DNA from: Solirubrobacteraceae bacterium
GTDB taxonomy: Bacteria; Actinomycetota; Thermoleophilia; Solirubrobacterales; Solirubrobacteraceae
Length of the DNA stretch: 24,115 nt
Assembly: GCA_035553935.1 (NCBI GenBank)
Contig: DATMJM010000239.1
Span: 1 to 24,115 of the forward strand
Direction of reading: 5' to 3'
A model generated the notes under the pieces. The model ran no database searches, had not been told where the DNA came from, and saw only the letters and a program-made list of their open reading frames with translations. Positions 17,234-24,115 of this stretch are shown in pieces. Within the stretch, counting starts at the first letter, position 1; the number at the start of each line of letters is the position of its first letter. Both the position numbers and the translations under genes were made by a program.

Positions 17234-17244
17234 GACAGGAGGCG

Positions 17245-17258
17245 TTAGGCTGGCCTAA
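17245..17258. promoter_or_regulatory. DtxR/IdeR-like iron box
   Basis: TTAGGCTGGCCTAA: perfect 6-bp inverted repeat; 12/14 match to TTAGGCTAACCTAA; overlaps the -10 candidates TAGGCT/TAAGAT upstream of an Fe3+ ABC operon. Confidence 0.8.
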
Positions 17259-17309
17259 GATGCGCCCGCTGATCCAGGCCGTACCGACCCGAGGAGGAGA
17301 GCGCCGAGC

Positions 17310-18311
17310 ATGCTAATCCGTCGTCGCCTTGCGCCGATCACCGTACTTGCCGCCCTGCTCGGCGGGCTCACCGCATGCGGGTCGGGCGACGACGACGCGC
17401 TGACGCTGTACTCCGGGCGCATCGCACCGATCCTCAGCCCGGCGGTCAAGCAGTACGAGGACGCGTCCGGCTTCGACGTCAAGACCCGCTACGGCGACAG
17501 CCCGTCGCTCGCGGCGACAATCGTCGAAGAGGGCCGCAACTCGCCCGCGGACCTGTTCTTCGCGCAGGACGCGGGATCGCTCGATGCCGTCGAGAAGGCC
17601 GGCCTGCTGGTCAAGCTGCCGGCCGACATCCTGGCGAAGGTCGACCAGGGCTTTCGGTCGCAGGCCGGCGCCTGGGTGGGCGTGACCGGCCGCTCGCGGG
17701 TCATCGCGTACGGCCCCGACGTGGCGCGCTCCGAGCTGCCCGACTCGCCCCTGGAGCTGACCGAGCCGAAGTGGAAGGGCCGCGTCGGGTGGGCACCCAG
17801 GAACGCCTCGCTGCAGGGCTACGTCACGGCGCTGCGGCTCGTCGAGGGCGAGGACGTCGCGAGGAGGTGGCTCGAGGGCATGGTCGCCAACGACGCGCAG
17901 GTCTACGACTCCAACATCCCGGTGCGCGACGCGATCGCCAAGGGCGAGATCGACGTCGGCCTCATCAACCACTACTACGTCGCCGAGGCGCAGGCAGAGG
18001 ACCCCGACTATCCCGTCAAGGTCCACTTCCCGAAGGACGGCCTCGGGTCGCTCGTCAACGTCTCGGGCGTCGGCGTGCTCGCCTCCTCCGAGCACAAGGA
18101 CCGGGCGCTCGCGTTCGTGCGCCAGATGCTCTCGGCGCAGACGCAGCGCTACTTCTCCGACAGCTCGAAGGAGTACCCGCTCGTCGACGGCGTGCAGGCG
18201 CCCGAGGAGCTCATCCCGCTCGAGGAGATTCCGGCGCCGGACGTCGACCTCGCCCAGCTCGGCGACCTGAAGGGCACGCTGAAGCTCATGCGGGAGACCG
18301 GAGCGTTGTAG
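17310..18311 (+). CDS. fbpA: Fe3+ ABC transporter substrate-binding lipoprotein (FbpA/FutA/SfuA family)
   Basis: Lipobox LTA-C, TLYSGR, SPADLFFAQDAG, GRSRVIAY, GLINHYY (Tyr-Tyr iron ligands), EYPL; SD GAGGAGG. Confidence 0.92.
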   Translation: MLIRRRLAPITVLAALLGGLTACGSGDDDALTLYSGRIAPILSPAVKQYEDASGFDVKTRYGDSPSLAATIVEEGRNSPADLFFAQDAGSLDAVEKAGLLVKLPADILAKVDQGFRSQAGAWVGVTGRSRVIAYGPDVARSELPDSPLELTEPKWKGRVGWAPRNASLQGYVTALRLVEGEDVARRWLEGMVANDAQVYDSNIPVRDAIAKGEIDVGLINHYYVAEAQAEDPDYPVKVHFPKDGLGSLVNVSGVGVLASSEHKDRALAFVRQMLSAQTQRYFSDSSKEYPLVDGVQAPEELIPLEEIPAPDVDLAQLGDLKGTLKLMRETGAL

Positions 18312-18358
18312 GCGTGGACGCCGCGGCGCCAGCACGCGCGCTCGGCCGCCGGCTGCCG

Positions 18359-18413
18359 GCGCCGAGGACACGCCCCGGCGCCGGCAGCCGGCGCCGGGGC
18401 GTGTCCTCGGCGC
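18359..18413. repeat. Perfect 27-bp inverted repeat with 1-nt centre (55-bp palindrome)
   Basis: gcgccgaggacacgccccggcgccggc-a-gccggcgccggggcgtgtcctcggcgc, checked base by base. Confidence 0.95.
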
Positions 18414-18429
18414 GCGGCGCCCGCCGCTC

Positions 18430-19968
18430 GTGCTGCTGGCGCTCGGGCTCGCGGTCGGCCTCGGCGCGGCGCTGCCGGCGCTGTACCTCGTCGTCGCGGT
18501 GCTCGACGACGCCGGCGCGGCGCTCGACGCGGTGCTCACGGACCGCACCCTCGGCCTGATCACCCGCAGCCTCGGCCTCGCCGCCGCGGTCACGGCGACC
18601 GCGATCGCGATCGCGGTGCCGCTCGCCTGGCTGACGGTCCGCTCCGACCTGCCGGGGCGGCGCATCTGGGCGACGCTGCTGACGCTGCCGCTCGTCATCC
18701 CGAGCTACATCGGCGCGTACCTGTTCGTCTCCGCGCTCGGTCCGCGCGGCGCGCTAGCCGACCTCCTCGGCGTCGAGCGGCTGCCGTCGATCTACGGCTT
18801 CACCGGCGCCTTCCTCGTGCTGACGCTGTTCACCTATCCGCTGGTGCTGATCCCGCTGCGCGGCGCGCTGCAGCGGATGGACCCCGCGCTCGAGGAGGCC
18901 GCGCGGGTCATGGGCCGCGGCCAGCGCGACGTCTTTCGCAGCGTCGTGCTGCCCCAGCTCGCGCCGGCGATCGGCGCGGGCGGCGTGCTCGTCGCGCTCT
19001 ACGTGCTCAGCGACTTCGGTGCGGTGTCGATCATGCGCTTCAACTCCTTCACGCACGACATCTACGTCGCCTACCAGTCCGGCTTCGGCCGCACGGAGGC
19101 GGCGGCGCTCGGCATGGTGCTCGTGCTCGTCATGCTCGTCCTGTTCGCGGTGTACGCGCGCGTGCGCTCCGCGCGCGTGCTGCACCGCGCCTCGCCGGGC
19201 ACGCCGCGGCCGGCCGCGCCCGTGCGGCTCGGGCGCTGGCGCTGGCCGGCGCTGGGATTCTGCGCCGCCGTCGCCGGGATCGCGCTCGTGCTGCCGGTCG
19301 GCGTGCTCGCCTACTGGGCGACGAAGCAGGTCTCCAGCGGCCTGGAGCTCGGCGCGCTCGCCTCCAACGGCTGGCACTCGCTGCTGGCCGCGGCCGCCGC
19401 CGCGCTGGCGGCGAGCCTCGCGGCGATCGTCGTCGCGCTGCTGGCCGTCCGCTACCCGAGCCTCGTGACGCGGCTCGTCGAGCGCGTCGGCTACGCCGGC
19501 TACGCGCTGCCGGGGATCGTGGTGGCGCTCGCGCTCGTGTTCTTCACGACGCGCGTGGCGCTGCCGCTGTACCAGACGCTCGCGGTGCTCGTCTTCGCGC
19601 TGGCGATCCACTACCTGCCGCTCGCGGTGAGCCCCGTCGGCGCGTCGCTGCTGCAGGTGCCGCCGCGCCTGGAGGAGGCGGCGCGCGGCCTCGGCCGCAG
19701 CCCGCTGGCGGTGCTGCGCACGATCACCACGCCGCTCGTGGCGAGCGGCGTGCTCGGTGGCGCGGCGCTCGTGTTCCTGCACGCGCTCAAGGAGCTACCC
19801 GCCACGCTCCTGCTGGCGCCGATCGGATTCGACACGCTCGCGACCGACGTCTGGCGCCAGACGTCCTTCGGCTTCTTCGAGGCCAGCGCGATCCCGGCCC
19901 TGCTTCTGCTCCTGATCGCGGCGCCGCCTTTGTACCTTCTGAGTGCGAAGGGAAGCGTCGGGAGGTAG
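18430..19968 (+). CDS. fbpB: Fe3+ ABC transporter permease (two EAA modules); native 5' end probably GTG18314, now out of frame
   Basis: LPLVIPSYIGA, D.ALEEAARVMG, LSDFGAV, PPRLEEAARGLG, LKELPATLLL.P.GFDTLA. Confidence 0.92.
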   Translation: MLLALGLAVGLGAALPALYLVVAVLDDAGAALDAVLTDRTLGLITRSLGLAAAVTATAIAIAVPLAWLTVRSDLPGRRIWATLLTLPLVIPSYIGAYLFVSALGPRGALADLLGVERLPSIYGFTGAFLVLTLFTYPLVLIPLRGALQRMDPALEEAARVMGRGQRDVFRSVVLPQLAPAIGAGGVLVALYVLSDFGAVSIMRFNSFTHDIYVAYQSGFGRTEAAALGMVLVLVMLVLFAVYARVRSARVLHRASPGTPRPAAPVRLGRWRWPALGFCAAVAGIALVLPVGVLAYWATKQVSSGLELGALASNGWHSLLAAAAAALAASLAAIVVALLAVRYPSLVTRLVERVGYAGYALPGIVVALALVFFTTRVALPLYQTLAVLVFALAIHYLPLAVSPVGASLLQVPPRLEEAARGLGRSPLAVLRTITTPLVASGVLGGAALVFLHALKELPATLLLAPIGFDTLATDVWRQTSFGFFEASAIPALLLLLIAAPPLYLLSAKGSVGR

Positions 19969-19970
19969 CC

Positions 19971-21110
19971 ATGCCAACGACGAACGCCAACGGGGTCGCG
20001 AACGGCGGCGGGCTCGCTCCGCCGTGCGTGGGCCTGCGGCTGCACGGTGTGCGCAAGGCCTTCGGCGCCGTTCGCGCGGTCGACGGAGCGAACCTCGAGC
20101 TGCGCGCCGGCGCCACGTGCGCGCTGCTCGGCCCAAGCGGCTGCGGCAAGACGACGACCCTGCGACTGATCGCCGGCCTCGAGCGCCCCGATGCCGGCGA
20201 GATCGTCGTCGGCGGCCGGATCCTCTCGAGCGCGGACAGCTTCGTCCCGGCGGAGGAGCGGCGGATCGGGATGGTCTTCCAGGACTACGCGCTTTTTCCG
20301 CACATGGACGTCGCCGGCAACGTCGGCTACGGGCTGGGCCGCAGGCCCGATCCGAGCCGGGTCCGCGAGACGCTCGAGCTCGTCGGTCTCGGCGGTGCGG
20401 AGAAGCGCCCCGTGCACGAGTTGTCGGGCGGCCAGCAGCAGCGCGTCGCGCTGGCGCGCGCGCTGGCGCCGACGCCCGACCTCGTCCTGCTCGACGAGCC
20501 GTTCTCGAACCTCGACGCCTCGCTGCGCGACCGGCTGCGCCAGGAGGTCTCGCAGATCCTGCGCACGGCGGGCGTGACGGCGCTGTTCGTCACGCACGAC
20601 CAGGAGGAGGCGATGAGCATCGCCGAGACCGTCGCCGTGATGCGCGACGGCCGCGTGGAACAGGCGGGGACGCCCGAGGAGGTCTACCTGCGTCCGGCCT
20701 CGCGCTGGATGGCGGAGTTTCTCGGCGACATCGAGGTACTGCCGGGCGACGCCCGCGACGGCCGCGCCAGCTGCGAGCTCGGAACGCTGCCGGCGGGCGG
20801 CGTCGACGGCGCGTGCGACGTGCTAGTGCGGCCCGAGTCGGTCGCCATCGGCGTCAGCGGACCTGCCAGCGCCGCGCACGCGGAGGTCGTGACGCGGCGC
20901 TTCTTCGGCCATGACCAGCTCGTCGGGCTGCGCCTGGCGTCGGGGCAGGTCATCTGCTCGCGGCGGCTCGGCTATCCCGCGTGGCATCCCGGCGACCACG
21001 TGCAGGCGTGGATCGAGGGACCCGTCGAGGTGCTGCCACGTGCCAACGGTGCGGGGCCGTCAGCCTCCGAGCCGGACCTCGCCGTCGGCGATCACAACGA
21101 CGTCGCCTGA
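19971..21110 (+). CDS. fbpC: Fe3+/polyamine-type ABC ATPase with C-terminal TOBE-like domain
   Basis: GPSGCGKTT, FQDYALFPH, LSGGQQQRVALARAL, LLDEP, VTHDQEEA; SD GGAGG. Confidence 0.95.
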   Translation: MPTTNANGVANGGGLAPPCVGLRLHGVRKAFGAVRAVDGANLELRAGATCALLGPSGCGKTTTLRLIAGLERPDAGEIVVGGRILSSADSFVPAEERRIGMVFQDYALFPHMDVAGNVGYGLGRRPDPSRVRETLELVGLGGAEKRPVHELSGGQQQRVALARALAPTPDLVLLDEPFSNLDASLRDRLRQEVSQILRTAGVTALFVTHDQEEAMSIAETVAVMRDGRVEQAGTPEEVYLRPASRWMAEFLGDIEVLPGDARDGRASCELGTLPAGGVDGACDVLVRPESVAIGVSGPASAAHAEVVTRRFFGHDQLVGLRLASGQVICSRRLGYPAWHPGDHVQAWIEGPVEVLPRANGAGPSASEPDLAVGDHNDVA

Positions 21111-21923
21111 CACCCGCGGACGGTCGTCGGCCCACTCGCAGTCGATCCGGCTCGGGCGCCCCATCTCGACGCCCTGATGCACGACGAGCCGCTCGGTCGC
21201 CGGATCGCGGTCGCGCAGGTAGGCCAGCAGCGGCCCCGCCGCCGAGCCGGTGCCCGGGTCCTCGGTGACGCCGCGAGGATCGAGGAAGAAGCCGCGGGCC
21301 CGCGCGGCGCCGTGGTCGACGTCGAGGTCGGCGAGATAGAGGACCATCGCCCCGATCGGCTCGAGCAGGGCGCGGATCGCGTCCCGCTGCGGAGCGGCAG
21401 CGGCGAGCGCGGCGCGGTCCTTCAGCGGGACCATGAGGTGAGCGAAGCCGGTCGAGACGACCTGCGGCTCGAGCTGCGGGTCGGCGGCGGACACCGGCAG
21501 CCCGGCGGCGGCCAGGACGTCGGCCGGGCTCGGCCGCGCGCCGAAGTCCGGCGGCTCCTGCAGCATCGACGCCCGCGCGCGATCGCCGTCGAGCCGAACC
21601 TCGACGGGCTGCAGGCCGGCATGCGTCTGCTGGACATAGCGCGCCTTCTCGCGCCCGCTCGCACGCGCGACCGCGACAGCGGTGCCGAGCGAGGGGTGAC
21701 CGGCGAACGGCAGCTCGCCGGGCATCGCCCAGATGCGGTTGCGGTAGTCGGCGCCCGGCGCGGTCGGCGACTGCACGAACGTCGTCTCCGACAGCTGCGT
21801 CTCGCGCGCGAAGGCGAGCATCGTGTCGTCGTCGAGGCCGTCGGCGTCGTGCACGACGGCAAGCTGGTTGCCCGCCAGCGGCACGTCGGTGAAGACGTCG
21901 AGCCAGGTGAGGCGGCGCCGCAC
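21060..21923 (-). CDS. PhzF-family (DAP epimerase fold) isomerase
   Basis: DVFTD.PL.GNQLAV, LSETTFV, ELPFAGHPSLG, EDPGTGSAAG, QGVEMGRPS; GTG start at 21923. Confidence 0.93.
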   Translation of the reverse strand: MRRRLTWLDVFTDVPLAGNQLAVVHDADGLDDDTMLAFARETQLSETTFVQSPTAPGADYRNRIWAMPGELPFAGHPSLGTAVAVARASGREKARYVQQTHAGLQPVEVRLDGDRARASMLQEPPDFGARPSPADVLAAAGLPVSAADPQLEPQVVSTGFAHLMVPLKDRAALAAAAPQRDAIRALLEPIGAMVLYLADLDVDHGAARARGFFLDPRGVTEDPGTGSAAGPLLAYLRDRDPATERLVVHQGVEMGRPSRIDCEWADDRPRVSGDVVVIADGEVRLGG

Positions 21924-21936
21924 CGGTTGCTCGCGG

Positions 21937-22773
21937 TCAGTCGTCGAAGTTGAAATCGCGCGGGGGCCGCTGCTCGAACCAGAGGCGGTCGTGCTCGGGC
22001 GTCTCCTCGAGGAACTCCGGGGTCTCCTCGAGCAGGTCCTCACCGCCGGGCTCGTCGTCGGCGGGCACGATGTCGGGCTCGTGCGCGGCCGGCGGCGGCG
22101 CGTCCGGATACGCGACCGGCGGCGACGCCGGCCGGTCGTACGGCTCGCGATCGCGATCGCCGGCGGACGGCTGCTCCGGCTCCTCGGGCTCGATCCCGCG
22201 CTTGTGCCTGCGTCCGGGGCGCAGGCGCGAGAACAGCGAGGGCGGCTGCTCGGCCTCGTCGGCGGGCGGCTCCGGCTCGGACTCCGGCTTCCACGGCTCG
22301 CGCGCAGGCGGCGGCGGAAGCGGCGGCGGCTCGTAGGAGACGGGCTCGCGAGCCGGCGGGGGCGTTGCGGGCGGCGGATCGAGATCGAGGGGCTCGCGCC
22401 CGGGCGGCGTCGCCAAGGGCGGCGGATCCACGTCGGCGTCCTCCCGCGTCGGCGGCGGAATGACGGGCGACGGATCGGCGCCCAAGCCCTCCCGCCGCGT
22501 CGCGGCCTCGGGCGGCGGAGCGAGGTCCGCGGCCTCCCGCGTCGGCGGAGGAGTGACCGACGGCCGGTCGTGCGCGAACGGCGGCGGCGCTCCGGCCTCC
22601 TCCTCCGCGTCCTCGCCGGAGTCGAATGTGTCGGCCATCTCGGGCACGCCCTCGGCCGACCGGCGCACCGGGCCGAGCGCCTCGGTCTCCAGCCGGGCGA
22701 CCTCACCGGCGTCTGCGCCGCGGCGCCGCTTGAGCTCGAGATGCTCGCGGATGGCGTCGTCCAGCAGTCCCAT
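21937..22773 (-). CDS. Hypothetical protein with ordered ends and a long Pro/Glu/Asp-rich disordered linker
   Basis: MGLLDDAIREHLELKRRRG… at the N-terminus; …EDLLEETPEFLEETPEHDRLWFEQRPPRDFNFDD at the C-terminus; fits between flanking same-strand genes with 12-13 bp gaps. Confidence 0.82.
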   Translation of the reverse strand: MGLLDDAIREHLELKRRRGADAGEVARLETEALGPVRRSAEGVPEMADTFDSGEDAEEEAGAPPPFAHDRPSVTPPPTREAADLAPPPEAATRREGLGADPSPVIPPPTREDADVDPPPLATPPGREPLDLDPPPATPPPAREPVSYEPPPLPPPPAREPWKPESEPEPPADEAEQPPSLFSRLRPGRRHKRGIEPEEPEQPSAGDRDREPYDRPASPPVAYPDAPPPAAHEPDIVPADDEPGGEDLLEETPEFLEETPEHDRLWFEQRPPRDFNFDD

Positions 22774-22785
22774 CTCGCCGACAGC

Positions 22786-24114
22786 CTACCTCGCGCGGCC
22801 GTCGTCGTCGCCGTCGGCGCGCTCGGTCCTGTTCTTGCCGCTGCGCTTGGCTTTGTAGAGCGCCTTGTCGGCGGCATCCAGCAGCTTCTTGGCGTCCACG
22901 GCCGCCGGCAGCGCGGAGGCGACGCCGCAGCTCGTCGTGACACGCAGCATGCCTCGCCCGTCGAGCCGCGCGATCCGGAGCTGCCCGATCTGCTCGCGGA
23001 TGCGCTCGGCGCGGTTGAACCCGCCGTCGAGATCGGTTCCCGGCAGGATGACGGCGAGCTCCTCACCGCCGTAGCGCGCGGGGTGGTCGATCTCGCGCGA
23101 GGTCTCGCGCAGCACGCGGGCGACCTCGCGCAGGACGAGGTCGCCCTGCGGATGGCCGTAGGTGTCGTTGATGGCCTTGAAGTCGTCGAGATCGAGCAGC
23201 ACGAGCGCCAGGTCGTTGCCGATCCGCTTCGCGCGCTCGACCTCGCCGGCGAGCTCACCGTCGAAGGCGCGGCGATTGCTCAGGCCGGTGAGGTCGTCCG
23301 TCACCGACTCGCGCGTGGCGATCTCGTAGGACTCGACGTTCTCCATCGACCGCGCGACCTGCGCGGCGAGGTACGTCACCAGCTCGAGGTCGCTCGGGCC
23401 GAACGCCCGCCCGGCGCGCCACACGCTCTCCACGCCGATGATCTCTGCGCGTCCATCGGCGCTGCGCAGCGGCGTGGCGATCGCGTGCGCCGCATCCGCC
23501 GACGCCTGGCGCACGCCGCCGCTGTGCATCGCCTCCGCCTCGACCCAGTCGACGAGCGCCTCGAGGCCGTTGATCGTGCCGACGCGCGAGCGCTCCTGGA
23601 GCGCCGCGCCGCCGTTCAGCCGGATGCGGGCGCGACCGCCGTCGGCGCCGACGCCGTCGACGGCCGTCTGCACGACGAGCTCCAGCAGCGCGTCGCGATC
23701 GAGGTTCGCGCCGACCGCCTCGCCGAGGCGGCGCATCGAGCTCTGCACGCGCTCGCGCTCCTGCCCGAGCTCGCCGAGCCGCCGCTCGAGCTCGCGCGAC
23801 ATCTTGTTGAACTCGTCTCCGAGAGCGGCGAACTCGTCGCGGCCGACGGTCGGCACCTTCGCCGAGAAGTCGCCGCTCGCCAGCCGCCGCGCGGCCGCCA
23901 GGAAGGCCGCTATCTGCTGCTGCAGGGTGCGCGAGACCAGCACGGCGCATGCGATCGCCAGGAGGAAGAACCCGAGCAGGATCGCGCCGGCGAAGAGCTT
24001 GTCGTCGGTTGTCGACTTGCGGATCAAATCGGGGTCGCCGAGCGTGAAGACGCGGATCCTCTGGCCCGGGAAGGCCGATCGGTCGGCGAAGTTCTGCACG
24101 CGGTACACCGTGCC
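22786..24114 (-). CDS. Membrane diguanylate cyclase (TM-HAMP-GAF-like-GGDEF), 5'-truncated by the window edge
   Basis: HAMP (ARRLASGDFS.KVP..GRDEF..LG..FN.M), TDDLTGLSNRRAF, DLDDFKAINDTYGH..GD, I-site REID, RYGGEEL. Confidence 0.95.
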   Translation of the reverse strand, partial: GTVYRVQNFADRSAFPGQRIRVFTLGDPDLIRKSTTDDKLFAGAILLGFFLLAIACAVLVSRTLQQQIAAFLAAARRLASGDFSAKVPTVGRDEFAALGDEFNKMSRELERRLGELGQERERVQSSMRRLGEAVGANLDRDALLELVVQTAVDGVGADGGRARIRLNGGAALQERSRVGTINGLEALVDWVEAEAMHSGGVRQASADAAHAIATPLRSADGRAEIIGVESVWRAGRAFGPSDLELVTYLAAQVARSMENVESYEIATRESVTDDLTGLSNRRAFDGELAGEVERAKRIGNDLALVLLDLDDFKAINDTYGHPQGDLVLREVARVLRETSREIDHPARYGGEELAVILPGTDLDGGFNRAERIREQIGQLRIARLDGRGMLRVTTSCGVASALPAAVDAKKLLDAADKALYKAKRSGKNRTERADGDDDGRAR

Positions 24115-24115
24115 G

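Noticed and set aside
18359-18413. Palindrome as a rho-independent terminator, CRISPR repeat or MITE
   Set aside because: No U-tract, single copy, 1-nt loop, no spacers; its arms derive from local sequence.
21060-21923. Phenazine biosynthesis
   Set aside because: A lone PhzF-family gene without phzA/B/D/E/G; such homologues are widespread outside phenazine producers.

Overview
Very GC-rich actinobacterial DNA, most consistent with Thermoleophilia/Solirubrobacterales (inferred from protein families and composition). Left ~9 kb, a patchwork: the 5' end of a SARP/BTAD regulator (missed by the ORF track), a frameshifted CARDB-like remnant, a GAF-PP2C phosphatase, and a translationally coupled amidohydrolase/DUF59/Zn-alcohol dehydrogenase operon. 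That operon matches the accessory cassette of propane monooxygenase clusters, but no monooxygenase genes are beside it. Then come a secreted FG-GAP protein and two small hypothetical genes. Middle (9122-17233): a 7-gene glyco-modification locus (flippase-like, two GT2, a degenerate alkaline-phosphatase-superfamily protein, a Gfo/Idh/MocA oxidoreductase, a UGM-like flavoenzyme, a GT-C-like membrane protein), followed by an Fe3+ ABC transporter. Both divergent promoter regions in this block carry DtxR/IdeR-type TTAG(G)..CCTAA boxes, suggesting an iron-regulated envelope glycosylation system. The permease 5' end contains a perfect 55-bp palindrome that looks like a template-switch insertion breaking its frame. 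Right end: a PhzF-family gene, an acidic/Pro-rich conserved hypothetical and a partial diguanylate cyclase. No rRNA, tRNA, CRISPR array or mobile element was recognised.
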